Source: Cetorhinus maximus (Eukaryota). From it: a DNA stretch of 64,000 nucleotides. Position 1 is the stretch's first letter. Every line of letters begins with the position of its first letter. The notes under the pieces were generated by a model. The model worked only from the letters and a program-made list of their open reading frames with translations. It was not told the origin of the DNA and did not search any database. Below are positions 11,389 through 24,597 of the stretch, piece after piece. The position numbers were made by a program, and so were the translations under genes. Where the stretch lies: assembly GCF_964194155.1 (NCBI RefSeq), contig NC_135896.1, positions 8,246,001 to 8,310,000 of the forward strand, written 5' to 3'.

Positions 11389-12496
11389 CTGTTAAAAAAA
11401 ACAACAGGATTCAAGCATCTCTTTATTCTGTAACTGTTCAAACGTGAGACTCTGTTGTGAACACACTTTACATTCAAACCTTGTTTGTAAAAAAAAAGTT
11501 TCAGCGTTTGATATTTAGGGTTTGCGACTGTCCAGGAATGTTCTGAAGTCTCCTGGAATAGAACATTCATCTCCAGCAACCTACTGTCAGCGACCCCCAG
11601 GAGAAGAGTCATTGGGTGGGGGGGGGTCTTTAAATATTGTTTTCCAAATACTTTCATTTATTTGTCATAAAATACATTGGAGACTGTTTCATGATTCAGC
11701 AAGATTCATCCAATTGGGCTTGACTTTAGCCTAAAAGGTGGGCGGGTCTTGAGTCAGGTGGGAGGTTAAAGTCTGAAACATCTATTTGCCAACACAAACT
11801 GTCTCCAACTTTCCCGTCTTCCGCCATTAACTGAGACTGGAAGGTTTGCAAGCGACTAACGTTAAGGGGAGATGGTGACGTAATGGTAATGAATACTAGG
11901 CTAGTAATTCAGAGGCTAAAGCCTTGGGGACATGGGTTCAAATCCCACCATGGCAGCATTCAATTAATAAAATTCAATGAATAAGTCGGGAGTATAAAGC
12001 TAGTCTCAGTAACGGTGACCATGGCAAATATCATCGATTGTCGTAAAAACACATCTGGTTCATTCATGCCCTTTTAAGGAAGGGAAATCTGCTGTCCTTA
12101 TCTAATCTGGACTACTCCAGACACACAACAGTGTGGTTGATTCTTAACTGCCCTCTGATATGGCCTAGCAAGCCACTCAATTCAGGGCAATTAGGGATGG
12201 GCAACAAATATTGGCCTTGCCAGCAATGGCCACATCTAATAAAAACCTTCTTCCAAGAAGGCGCGTTGGAACTAAACTCACTAAATATAATAATGAGGCT
12301 GTGAGCCTCTTTGTCATTCAACTTTATTGCTGCTGACTGGGGTTTCCCGAATTAAGTCAAGGGCTTGGTAGATTCAAAAGGGAATTGCCTTCATACCTAC
12401 CTCCTGCATCCATGTGTCTACCTGAGAAACCTGTGTGATTGGGTATCCCCCACACACCTGCCATGACCTTCCCCTGCGCCCCTGATCCTCTCCATC

Positions 12497-13660
12497 CTCC
12501 ACCACCAGGCCCTCAATCCCCCAATTCCACAACCAGACCCTCAATCCCCCAACTCCACCACCAGGCCCTCAATCCCCCAAATCCATCACCAAGCCCTCAA
12601 TCCCCAACTCCACCACCAGATCCTCAATCCCCCAATTCCACCATCAGGCCCTCAATCCCCCAACTCCACCACCAGGCCCTCAATCCCCCAGCTCCACCAC
12701 CAGGCCCTCAATCCCCCAACTCCACCATCAGGCCCTCAATCCCCCAACTCCACCACCAGGCCCTCAATCACCCAACTCCATCACCAGGCATCAAACCCCA
12801 ACTCCACCACCAGATCATCAATCCCCCAATTCCACCATCAGGGCCTCAATCCCCCAACTCCACCACCAGGCCCTCAATCCCCCAACTCCACCACCAGGCC
12901 CTCAATCCCCCAACTCCACTACCAGGCCCTCAATCTCCCAACTCCACTACCAGGCCCTCAATCCTCCAACTCCACCACCAGGCCCTCAAACCCCCAACTC
13001 CACCACCAGGCCCTCAATCCCCCAACTTCATCACCAGGCCTCAAACCCCAACTCCACCACCAGGCCCTCAATCCCCCAACTCCACCACCAGGCCCTCAAT
13101 CCCCCAACTTCATCACCAGGCCTCAAACCCCAACTCCACCACCAGGCCCTCAATCTCCCAACTCCACCACCAGGCCCTCAATCCCCCAACTCCATCACCA
13201 GGCCTCAAACCCCAACTCCACCACCAGACCCTCAATCCCCCAACTCCACTACCAGACCCTCAATCCTCCAACTCCACCACCAGGCTCTCAAACCCCCAAC
13301 TCCACCACCAGGCCCTCAATCCCCCAACTCCACTACCAGGCCCTCAATCCTCCAACTCCACCACCAGGCCCTCAATCCCCCAACTCCACCACCAGACCCT
13401 CAATCCCCCAACTCCACTACCAGACCCTCAATCCTCCAACTCCACCACCAGGCTCTCAAACCCCCAACTCCACCACCAGGCCCTCAATCCCCCAACTCCA
13501 CTACCAGGCCCTCAATCCCCCAACTCCACCACCAGGCCCTCAATCTCCCAACTCCACCACCAGGCCCTCAATCCCCCAATTCCACTACCAGACCCTCAAT
13601 CCCCCAACTCCACCACCAGGCCTCAAACCTCCACCTCCACCATCAGGCCCTCAATCTCCT
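12497..13660 (+). repeat. 28-bp C-rich minisatellite (~41 units) in TSHR intron 7
   Basis: Unit ggccctcaatcccccaactccaccacca, with 26-bp variant ggcctcaaaccccaactccaccacca. Three units give the 28-aa period of ORF 12439-13818. Confidence 0.97.
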
Positions 13661-15366
13661 CCTCTCACCAAAACAAAGCTTCTGAAAGCTCCCAGAGGCT
13701 TGTAATCCTCAAGCCCCCACCAACCTGTCACCTCCATGTCCCCAGCCAACCCCCCAGGATCAATAGCCCTAGCCGGTCAAATGCCTCCTCCACCCCACTA
13801 GATCAACCCTGCCTCTGAACGGATCCCCTCCCCTGCTCTCTCCCAATCAAGTGCCTCCAAACGGCTAAAATGAGCACCTTTTGGAGGAGGAGTTGTTTTT
13901 TACCCTCTGACTCCACAGTCCTGGTGATCGCATTCTTCCACCACCCCCCACCCTTGACCTGTTAGTCTCTGTCCAGCCTGAACTGCTACCTAACCCCCAC
14001 CCACCCAAAATTTAACTGAGGGTCGCACCCCCTCAAATTTGTAGACAAGGTTTGAGGACTAATCCCTGGTGATCCTCCAGCCTCTCCATAGCTGCCATTG
14101 GCATTTATCAGGAAGGAATGTATTAGGTCCCCTTCACACAACACCACCCCCCCCAAGCCCGCACCACCTTCCCACCACAAGTCCTGTTACGGCTCTCTGC
14201 AAATTTATGGAATTTAAATAAAAATATGTTAATGACGGTCCAATTTTGCAAGGGTCTTGCTTCCAGCCTGGTGCCCTCTTGCACGGTTTGTCAAGCAGAA
14301 GCACACATTTCACCACAGATAAGGTGACGGTGAATCTGAGGGAGCCACAGATTTTATGCCTGTGGTATATTGTCCATGCCCTTTATTAAAAGCACCTCGT
14401 CCTTGAACTCCCCGTGAAAACCCCACTGGCGGGGGAGGGGACACGCGGGTGGTGAGTCACCAGTGGGTTTTGTGCACAATGGGAAGGCCAACAGCAGATC
14501 TTCAAGGAACAGCACATGCGATTTTGCTAAGCCCCAGGATTAAAGTCAGGGATATTGGATTTCAAAGTTCAGCTCCGCACGGCTGTAGCCTCAAAGTGCT
14601 GATTGTTTGTTTGAACATGAGGCAGGTCCTAAGCATCTTGGATGCTGCTGGAAACTGAATGGGGACGCGTGCCAGGGTAAATAAACTGTGCCTTCACCCA
14701 GCCGTTCCTTTTTCAATTCAGCAGATTTCCACTGCTTTCTGTCGCTGTTATGAAGGTTTCGCCAGCTCCCGGGAATTTCTTTACATTCCTAGCCTCACTG
14801 GATCTATCACTATTGCCTCAACATTGACCAGAATTTGCACAGCCAGATTCCATTTGATCCCATGTTTGTGAGGCCTTCCATGGGCTGCTGTACTCAAGAG
14901 CAAACTTATTTTTTTATTCATTCGCAGGATGTGGGCTTCGCTGGCTAGGCCAGCATTTATTGCCCATCCCTAGTTGCCCTTGAGAAGGTGGTGGTGAGTT
15001 GCCTTCTTGAACCACTGCAGTCCATGTGGTGTAGGTACACCCACAGTGCTGTTAGGAAGGGAGTTCCAGGATTTTGACCCAGTGACAGTGAAGGAACGGC
15101 CGATATATTTCCAAGTCAGGATGGTGAGTGACTCGGAGGGGAACTTCCAGGTGGTGGTGTTCCCATGCATCTGCTGCCCTTGTCCTTCTAGATGCTAGTG
15201 GCCGTGGGTTTGGAAGGTGCTGTCGAAGGAGCCTTGGTGAATTCCTTGCATTTTTATCGTGCACTTCACGAAATAGCCCTTGAAATCTAGTCACTGCTGT
15301 GAAGTAGGGAATGCAGCAGCCAAATTGCGCACAGCAAGCTCCCACAAACAACGATATTATTAATGT

Positions 15367-15681
15367 AAAAGCAAAAAACTGCGGATGCTGGAAATCCAAA
15401 ACAAAAACAAAAATACCTGGAAAAACTCAGCAGGTCTGACAGCATCTGCGGAGAGGAACACAGTTAACGTTTTGAGTCCGTATGACTCTTCAACAGAACT
15501 AAGGAAAAATAGAAAAGAGGTGAAATATAAGCTGGTTTAAGGGGGCATGGAACATGTAGAGCTGGATAGAGGGCCAGTGATAGGTAGAGATAACCAAAAG
15601 ATGTCATAGACAAAAGGACAAAGAGGTGTTGAAGTTGAATTATCTAAGGAATTTGATAATAAAGGTACAGATAGCCCTCGT
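15367..15681 (-). mobile_element. Penelope-derived terminal fragment inserted in a Deu SINE
   Basis: Homologous to the 4040-4360 terminal region. 13-bp TSD ATATTATTAATGT at 15354-15366 and 15682-15694. Confidence 0.85.
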
Positions 15682-17370
15682 ATATTATTAATGTGTTTTA
15701 CGGTCTTATTGGTTCAGAGCTAAATATGGGCCGCAGTATTGAGAGTAACTCCTCTGCTCTTCTTCCGAATGGTGCCACTGGATCTTTTACGTCCACCTCA
15801 GAGGGCAGACAGGACTTGGGCTTAGCATATCATCTGAAAGATGGCACCTCAATACCGGACTGAAGTGCCAGCCCAATTTGTGTGCACAAGTGCTGGAGTG
15901 GGACTTGAACCCACTTGAACGTCTGACTCACAGACAAGAGTGCTACCAACAGAGCCATGGCTGACACACCATATTAACATCTATATTATCTGTTGTAAAT
16001 ATGTTAACTTATATTTTAACAATATGTAATACATGGGCTCCACTGCATCCAATCCTGCTTCCCAGAGAGCCTTTTGTTCTACTGCACTAGATTTGATGCT
16101 CTTCTGGTTGAACCCATTGTCATCTTCAACATCACCCCTGATTTTTGCCAGTGTGCCCACACAGTGCTTATTGGTGCTTCTCTTTGAGAATCAATTCCCT
16201 ATATCTCGTCACCAGCCAAAGCCATACTACCCAATTGTTGTGGCCTGGAATGCGCTACCTGATAGGGTGGTGGAAGTAGATTCAACATTAACATTCAAAA
16301 GAGAATTGACATACAGAGAGAATTCAAATATTCAAAGGGAATGAAAATACAGGGCTACAGGGAAAGAGCAGAGGAAGTGGGATCAACTGGATAGAGCCGG
16401 CAGAGACATGATGGGCTAAATGGCCTCCTTCCGCGCTCTATTCATTCCTCAGGCAATGACCTATCCAACCCTTCTTGTAAAAGAGAGAGGATGTCTTCCC
16501 CTTTTACCTCCCACTCGTTCCAAGTCCTAACGGCAGATCAACAGCCACAGACTTGCTCGATGGTTCATTCCAGAACATTTGCTCCCTCGCAAACAAGCCC
16601 CTTACTGTCCACAGCTTTAGGACGTCCTGAGGTTGTGAAAGGTGCTATCAAAATGCAAGTCTTCCATTTTAAAACTGGGCCTTGTTCACTCAGTGCTAAA
16701 ATAACAGTGACATTCTTTCCCCTCTCTTCACCTCATTTGCATTAGCTTGGAGGCCAGGAAAAGGATGAAAAAAACAAAATTTAAACCCCGCCCCCCCCCC
16801 CGCCCTCACCCCGTCACCCCACCCCAAAAACACGCCCAGGATGGAATTTTGTGGCCCCGACATGGTGGGAGCAGGGGTAAAATGCAGTGAGCCATTCAAA
16901 AGTTCATTGACTTCGAGGGATCATAAAATCCTGCTGGCGTAAAATTCTGACCACTAAATGACAAAGCCTTGTTGATGAGAAGATTGGAGAGACATCGCAA
17001 CTCCTCAACCAACACCCATCTGCTCACCGACCCGCAGACATCTTGATTCATCGATGTCAATCTGTTAATATCCAGGCAGGTTGTAATAATTGGAAGTATC
17101 CACTCTCTTCCCAGAAACTCAACCATTGAGACACAGCGGAAGGTGAATTGAAAAGAAAAACAATGGTAAGTATTTTAAAATTGCAAATGCGCAGCAAACA
17201 GGAGTCTGTTGAGGGAAGGTAATGTGAATCAGATTATTAATGATAAACTTGTGACTGAATCATCTGTGAAGCGCCAGATTTTAAAAACCTTCTTTAGCCT
17301 TTAGGCCCCAGCTTTTGCAGTATTGTGCTTATAAAACATTCGAACAGTTGTCCAATGAATGTAATACCTA

Positions 17371-17511
<141 letters not shown>

Positions 17512-17967
17512 TCATCACAGCTCTGAATGCTTCACAGTGAGGTTCTGATTACTGGGGTGGGGAATATCCTAGGGTCATAGGCCCGAATCTCCTGAGGAGT
17601 GGCTATCATCGTCGGATTGCTGCTCTACTCCTACTTTGCTGCACCACACAAGAGCTCTGCATTCTGCCTGGGACTTACAATCCAGCTTCTTCGGAAATGT
17701 GGAGTGCACCTTCAATGGAACTGTTTCCTTGTGGCGTTGGATCATCAGGGAAAGACAAGCCACGCCTCCTTTTGACGGCATTAGCCGCTGTATTCTAGTA
17801 AGTGTTCAATGACAGACTGGAAAGCTGGGACATTTAAACAGCTTTTCAGTGTGTTAGTGTTTGAATGCCTGAGTGAATGGGGGAATGTGTAGGTGGGTAA
17901 GGGGGTAGGGATGAGTGAGATAAGTGGGTAAGGAGGTAGGGTGGCAGGTGGGTGAGGTGGTAGGCTG

Positions 17968-18217
17968 TGTTAAGTGTTCGTTTAGCATCTCATTGATGAG
18001 ATCTTGAGACTTGTATGTTTAAACGTGAACCATTTATTGGTAATCCTTAACTATGTACACATCCCAGTTACTGCCATGCATGGTGCAGCTCCCATGCAGG
18101 TTCCTTCTAGACTGTTCTGCAAGTCTATTACCATGTGACCCTATACGTTACACCATGAGTGGTGCTATTCTCTAGTCACACATTAACCCCTGCTCTGCCG
18201 AGCACCCTTACATTACA
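17968..18217 (-). mobile_element. Putative short solo LTR
   Basis: Minus strand TGTAATGTAAGG...GGGTTAATGTGTGAC...AATAAA...TTAACA. Resembles the 52966/57702 LTRs (ggttaatgtgtg..aatagc). Confidence 0.6.
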
Positions 18218-18762
18218 ATGGCATGAAGGCACATACAACAGGTAGGGCAGCATGTAGGTAGTGTGGTGGTGGGTAGGATAGTGGGGTTGGGTCAGATTGG
18301 GTCGGGGGGAGTCAGGGAGGTTGGGAGGGGAGTTAGGTAGTGATGCTGGGTCAGATGTGGTCGGGGGTGTAGTAGGGGGCTCAGGGGGGAGTTGGTTGGT
18401 GAGGTTGGGTCAGGTTGAGTTGGAGAAGCCAGGGAAGAGTCATGTGGTCGGGGGGAGTTGGGAGGATAGCTGGGAGGTTGAAGAGGCAGTTGGGAGCACA
18501 GTGTGAGTGACTGGGGAGTCAGTTGTATAGTTACCCACGAATTAGACTAGGATTTTTCTGTTTAACATTTCCTGGGTAACTACCCAGGTAAGTACATCAG
18601 AACTCTCCGAAGTCTCCCACTCTGACTCAGAGTTAGAGACTGTTTTGAAGGGTCCCAGGGAGCGGGGGAATTGTTCATCAGAAGTCCAAACTTCCCGGGC
18701 CATTCCTATGGGGTCATTGCATTGGGACTTCCATGGGGTTCCGTAGCGCATCTTCCGGGGTA

Positions 18763-19943
18763 TGATTTGCTTCCCTCTTTATAACCAAAGGTGTATTTCC
18801 CAACCCCTCAGTTTTGGTGTGATCCAATTTTCTATTAACAACCCCACAGCCAACTCGAGGTAGAGACCGAAGACCAGAAGATCTGGGCCATTGAATCATT
18901 ACGACATAGAAGGAAGCCATGACAAATGTGAAGGACTAAGACCTCATCCTGTATATTTTTTAATACATAATATATAGGGTTATCTCTAAAAAAAAATTTC
19001 AAACTGGACAAAGACCTAAAATGGCTGAATCTATGTCTGTCTGTGATTCCGAACAAAATAAGCTACCTTTCAGTTTCGGGGAACCTCGCACATCATTATC
19101 CCCGAAGATTTACTATCGATCCCATGTAGGCTGCACAGACAAAATGAAAAGAGAGCTAGACAAAGGACATCTGCATTTCATAAGCCAGGCTGGCCAACAG
19201 GAGCCTGCTTATTTGCTAGAACAAAGGATCCCACAACCTTCCTTTCAATTCTTAATGGTTGAGAGGAGGATGCATATCTTTTGTCAAAGACAGAGTGGAG
19301 AGGGGCGAGTCATGTGACGTGGGACTCTGGCTTGTGGAACCAATAATATTGCCTTACTGAACTGCAAAGTCTCAGTCTGCGGTTTACCATCTAACTAGCA
19401 GCCTCACAGTAAAGGAGCTCTGACCAGGTTGAACACTGGCCCTGCCTACTCTGTTTCTGCTGGAAACTCTGTACTATCACTTACAAGACTGATTCATCCC
19501 TGCATGCCCATCTCATGGTGCAAAGTCAACACCTCTGGAAAAATGAATTATACAGCACCGGCTTTCAACCCACTGACCACCGTGAAGAAATATCTCACTG
19601 GACTTTGATTCTGGACTCTGGACCCATGTGAACCAATGTTTATTTTCTCTGTGGTCTCTGCACTGTAAAACTTTATTTTCTCTATCCCTCTTTTACTGTA
19701 TGAATGCAAAGGTGGGGTTGTTGCAAACCCTCTGTTCGCACTGTGAGTATGTGCAAATAAACTAACCCTTTGAGCTCATTCTATCTCAAGTTTGCTGTGG
19801 GGTTATTAATAGAAAATTGGATCACATCAAAATCGAGGGGTTGGGAAATACACCACCACTTGTAAAGATGGAAGCAAATCAAAAACACCTTTCTGTTTAT
19901 GGAGGTGTGCTGTTTAAATTAACCCCCCCCTCCTGTATGTAAC
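18763..19943 (+). mobile_element. LTR-like element with ~100-bp inverted repeats
   Basis: Arms 18763-18865 and 19780-19881 are reverse complements. AATAAA at ~19756; ends in TGTAACA. Confidence 0.5.
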
Positions 19944-21759
19944 ACAAGTAGAAATTAATAGAAAATGCAATACTAAAGGGAAGAATGAATAATGTAGAAC
20001 AGACTGAAAGAGAATAAGAGAAATAGAGACCAACCAATGGAGACAAAAACAGGATAAAGAGGCAGCAGGTATATGGAAAAATAATTAAATGAATGAAAGA
20101 TGTCATACTTGGCCTCTTTATTTTAGTTTACACTTACTGTACCATGATGTTGAGGATGTTTTTAAGGGTTTTAATTATTTTTTCACCATCAGCGAAGTGG
20201 TCACTAGTAGAGAAACCCAGATTCCACCTGATAAACTGACTGCCTCTGACCCTGCACTGACCCCTATTCTGACCCTGCGCTAACCCCTCACCCTCACTCT
20301 CTACTGGCCACTATCCTGACCACAATTGTGATTTCATACTGACCTTATACTAACCCCTAACCTGACCCCGTGCTGCTGCCTATCCTAGCCCGTCAATGCC
20401 CTTTCTCCTGTCTTTACCTAACTTTAACTTGGCAAAAAAATTCAATCCCAACGTGCTCCATCAGCAAGTAGACTTCATGCCTTTTCCTGACAGGAATGCT
20501 GCAACGCACTCAGATTATTTCATCAGGTTATGGACTGGAGACAGAAAATAACTTGGCAAAGGTGCAAGTGAGCTTCAATAAACTTGGATTGGATTTCGTG
20601 GAAGAAGGGCAGGTTTCTCTGTTATAAGAAGCGGTTGAGTGCCCAGTCAGGCTTGGGGGCTGCCATGCTGACTTTGGCCTGGCAATTCCTTTAGTGGTTT
20701 GGAGTTGGATGCAAGGTTGATGAACTAGAATCAGCTAAGGTGGAACCAGACTGAAACAATCCACTGAGACAGACTTCTCCACAAATACACACTTAGCATT
20801 TTAAATCCACAATTATGCCCTTGACTCTCATCTCTGATGATCTCTGCACTCCTCCAATTCTGGCCTCCCGCCCAGCCCTGATTTCCTTTGCTTCACCATA
20901 GGCGACTGTGCCTTCAGCTCTGGAATTCCCTCCGTAAACCACTCTTCCCCTCTCTTAAGGCACTCCTTTAAATCTACCTTGTTGACCATGCTTCTGGTCA
21001 CCTATTTTTTTTTATTTGTTTCATGGGATGTGGGTGTCCCTGGCAAGGCCAGCATTTGTTGTAGCTCCTTTACCACACAGACTTCAGTCATAATTTATTA
21101 GTTATCACTCTCCCTTCATTAGTAATTCCCCAGTTCTGAATCAAGAGACACAACATGTAGGCCAATCCAGGTAAGGCTGGCAGATTTCCTTCCCTAAAGG
21201 GCATTAGTGAACCAGGTGGGTTTTATGCCAATCACTGATAGTTTCATGGTTACCATTACTGAGACTAGCTTTCAATTCCCCGATCTTTTATTCATTGAAT
21301 TTAATTTCCACCAGCCACCATGGTGGGATTTGAACTTGTGCACCCAGAGAATTAACCTGGGCCTCCTGGATTACTAGGCCGGTGACATTAACACTACATC
21401 ACCATCTCCCTAGGCCTTAGTACTGCAATGAAGTGTCAGCCTTGGTTACATGACTGCAAAAACACAACCTTCTGACTCTGAGATGAGGGTAGTAAGCACT
21501 GAGCCACACTGACACAACTGAAGTTTCCCTTTCCTCTCTATGGTCTTAACACAGTAGAAGTAGCAGTCGTTCTTTGAAATCTAGAAACTTCTCACAGAAA
21601 TACATCAGTTGCTCCATCATTGAGAAGTCAAAATCCTAGCATTCTAACTGTATTGTGGGAGCTCCTTCAGCACACAGCCTCCACTCACCACACGGACTTC
21701 AGTCATAATTAACTAGTTATCACTCTCCCTTCACCAATAATTCCCCAGTTATCATGCTT

Positions 21760-23050
21760 CTGCATAGAATTGTTACAGCACAGAAGGAGTCCATTTGGCT
21801 TGTCATGCCTATGCTGGGCCCCCGAATGAGTAACTCACTTAGTCCCACTACCTCACTTTTTCCCTATTGCCCTGCAAGTCTTTTAAGCTTCAGATAGTTA
21901 TCCAATTATCTTTGAAGGCTTCGATTGAATCTGTCTCCGCCACACTCTCAGTCAGTGCATCCTCGACCCTAACCACTCCCCATGTAAAAAAGTGCTTCCT
22001 CATGTTGCCGTAGCTTCTTCTGTCAATCGCCTTAAATCTGTGTCCTCTGGTTCCTGACTCTTCCACCACTGGGAACAGTTTCCCTCTATCTACCCTGTCC
22101 AGACTCTTCATGATTTTGAAAACCTCTATCAAATCTCCTTCTTAGCTTCGTTAATCTCCAATTAGCTTCTCTAAGGCTTTCCTTAATTAATCCACATTCG
22201 TCCAAATAACTGTTAATTTTGCCCCAAAATGTCAATTATTTTGACTCTAGATTGAACCTTGTCCTTTTCCATAAATAACCTAAACTTTGTGATACCGTGA
22301 TCATTGTCCTAAATTTTCCCCTACTGATATTTGATCCACTTGACCCACCTCATACCCCAGAACCAGATCCTTTCTGATACTGATCTAGAAAATTCTCCTG
22401 AACGGACTTCATAAACTCTCCCCCTTTCTGCCCTTTATATTATTACTATCCCACTCTATATTAGAATAATTAGCCACATTACAACTATTCTACAATTCTT
22501 GCACCTCTTTAATTTCCTTGTAAATTTGTGCCTCTATATCTTTCCCACTAGTTGTGGTCTGCAGGATAGGCCCAGAATTGTCATGGTGCCTCTATTGTTT
22601 CTTAGCTCTAACCAAATAGATTCTGTCCTTGACCCCTCTAGGATATCCTCCCTCCTGAGCACTGTAATGTTCTCCTAGATTAGTACTGCTGCCCCACTCT
22701 TTTCCTTCCTTCCTTATCTTTCCTGAACACCTTCTATCCAGGAATATTTAGTACCCAGTCCTGCCCTTTTTTTGAGTCAGGTCTCTGTTTCACCGTGACA
22801 TCATATTCCCACATGGTTACCTGTGCCTGCAGCTCACTAACCTTATTTTCCAACTCCAGGCATTCACATGTATGCACAATAAACTTAATTTTATTCCCTC
22901 TTACTCTGACCTCATCTAAAAGACTATTTCTTACTCCAGTGCTATCTGTTTCTCTCAATTCTCTGTGCACCTTATTTTGCCTTGGTAATATTTCTTTGTT
23001 CCCATGATTTAAACCCTCTCCAATAGCACTAGCAAACCATCTCACAAGGA
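21760..23050 (-). mobile_element. Internally deleted CR1 (endonuclease region joined to 3' end)
   Basis: LENKVSELQAQVTMWEYDV...GQDWVLNIPG (APE N-terminus) followed by IEVFKIMKSLDRVDRGKLFP (ORF2 C-terminus), with the RT absent. Confidence 0.75.
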
Positions 23051-23665
23051 TATTCACTAGCAGTTCCCTAGTTATCGCCCTCCCTTCACCTTGTATCTGC
23101 AGCACCCACAAGTAGGGCCAATGTTTATTATGGGCTGTACCAGGAGCATGAAAGTCTATAAAGTAACAGGAACCCCTATAGATTCTTCACTTAACTTCCC
23201 GAGGTCTGATAAAGTTCAGTGGGTGGAACTTTGACTTTAGACGATAATGATGATCCAGCCATTGTGGTGGGAGGGGGCTTGGATTGATGAATCAGTTGGC
23301 ATTTTCCTGTCTGTCATCTTGGTATGTTTCTACATTTTGGTATATCGGATTGGTTGCCTGTTACACATCTCTCCCCGAGTTTCGGTTCAGGAGTAGCGTA
23401 CCACAGGCTGTCAATCTGACATTGGGGGTTTTCTTCTAGCTCCCAAACTTAACATGACCCCTGAGAGATTTCTCCTCTAATTTCATCTGACCTACACAAC
23501 CAATACAGCCTGTGTTACACAGAGAGCCCTAGACTAGTGTATGAGACCCATCCTATTCAATGTTAGTGAACCATCTTCTCTGGCTACGTATCCCCCCCTC
23601 CCCCCACAGCACCTCCCATTGACTGACAGTAAAGTGACTCTTCAACTACGTGATGCTCTACTTAC

Positions 23666-23743
23666 AGAGTTAGTGATTCATTGGATAACCCACCAAAGGC
23701 ATTTGCAGGGATGGTTGAAATGAAAGGATTGTCAGCGATTTCT
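23666..23743 (-). CDS. TSHR: TSHR exon 6 (78 nt)
   Basis: tttacag|A...CT|gtaagt; EIADNPFISTIPANAFGGLSNESLTL. Confidence 0.97.
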
Positions 23744-24597
23744 CTGTAAAAGAGAATAATGTAAACAGTACTCATATAAAGCTGCCCAGAGCTATTCCAA
23801 AGCAAGCAAACAACTGGATCGTGTTTAATTCCATAACCGCAGAAAATATGAGTTTGGAATGAGCTGCTCATTCACAGTGTGCTTCAGGAAGATGCAAAAG
23901 CTTCACAGATTCAGTGATGAAAACATGACATAGAATGTGCAGCACAGAAACAGGCCATTCAGCCCAAGTGGTCCATGATGGTGTTTATGCTGCACACAAG
24001 TCTCTTCCCACCCCTTTTGATCTTCATCCTATCAGCATATCCTTCCATTCCTTTCTCCCTCAAGGACTTGTCTAGCTTCCCCTTAAATGTATCCATGTTA
24101 TTCACCTCAACTACTCCTTGTGGCAGTTAGTCCCACATTCTAGTCACTCTCTGAGTCAAGAAGCTTCTCTTGAATTTCGATTGGATTTATTAATTGAAAA
24201 AGGAATCAAGCTGCACAGTCATTGAGAAAGACTGGAGACTGGGATTCTGGTGGGATTTCTAGTGTAGATGATTATGGATGATCTAACTGAGGTGTTTAAA
24301 TTTTGATAGGGTAGGATCATAGAACAGCACAGAGGGAGGCCCGCTGAGCCTGCGATGATAGAGAGAAACTATTTTCTCTGATCTCAAACAAGGGGCCATG
24401 ACCTTAAAAATTAGACCTAGGCTGTTCAGGGTAGATATCGGAAAACACTTCTTCACACAAAGGGTGGTGGAAATCTGGAACTTTCTTTCTTAAAAAGGTC
24501 TTGAAGTCTATTGAAAATTTCAAAAATGAGGTTGAGAGATTTTTGTTGAGTAAGGGTATTAAGAGATAGGGAACCAAGGCGGGGGGGGGTTAAATGG

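Noticed and set aside
12497-13660. CRISPR-like periodicity of 28-bp repeats
   Set aside because: Units are head-to-tail without unique spacers, there are no cas genes, and the context is a eukaryotic intron.
12439-13818. 459-aa Pro-rich ORF
   Set aside because: Translation of a stop-free 28-bp minisatellite; no splice or domain evidence.
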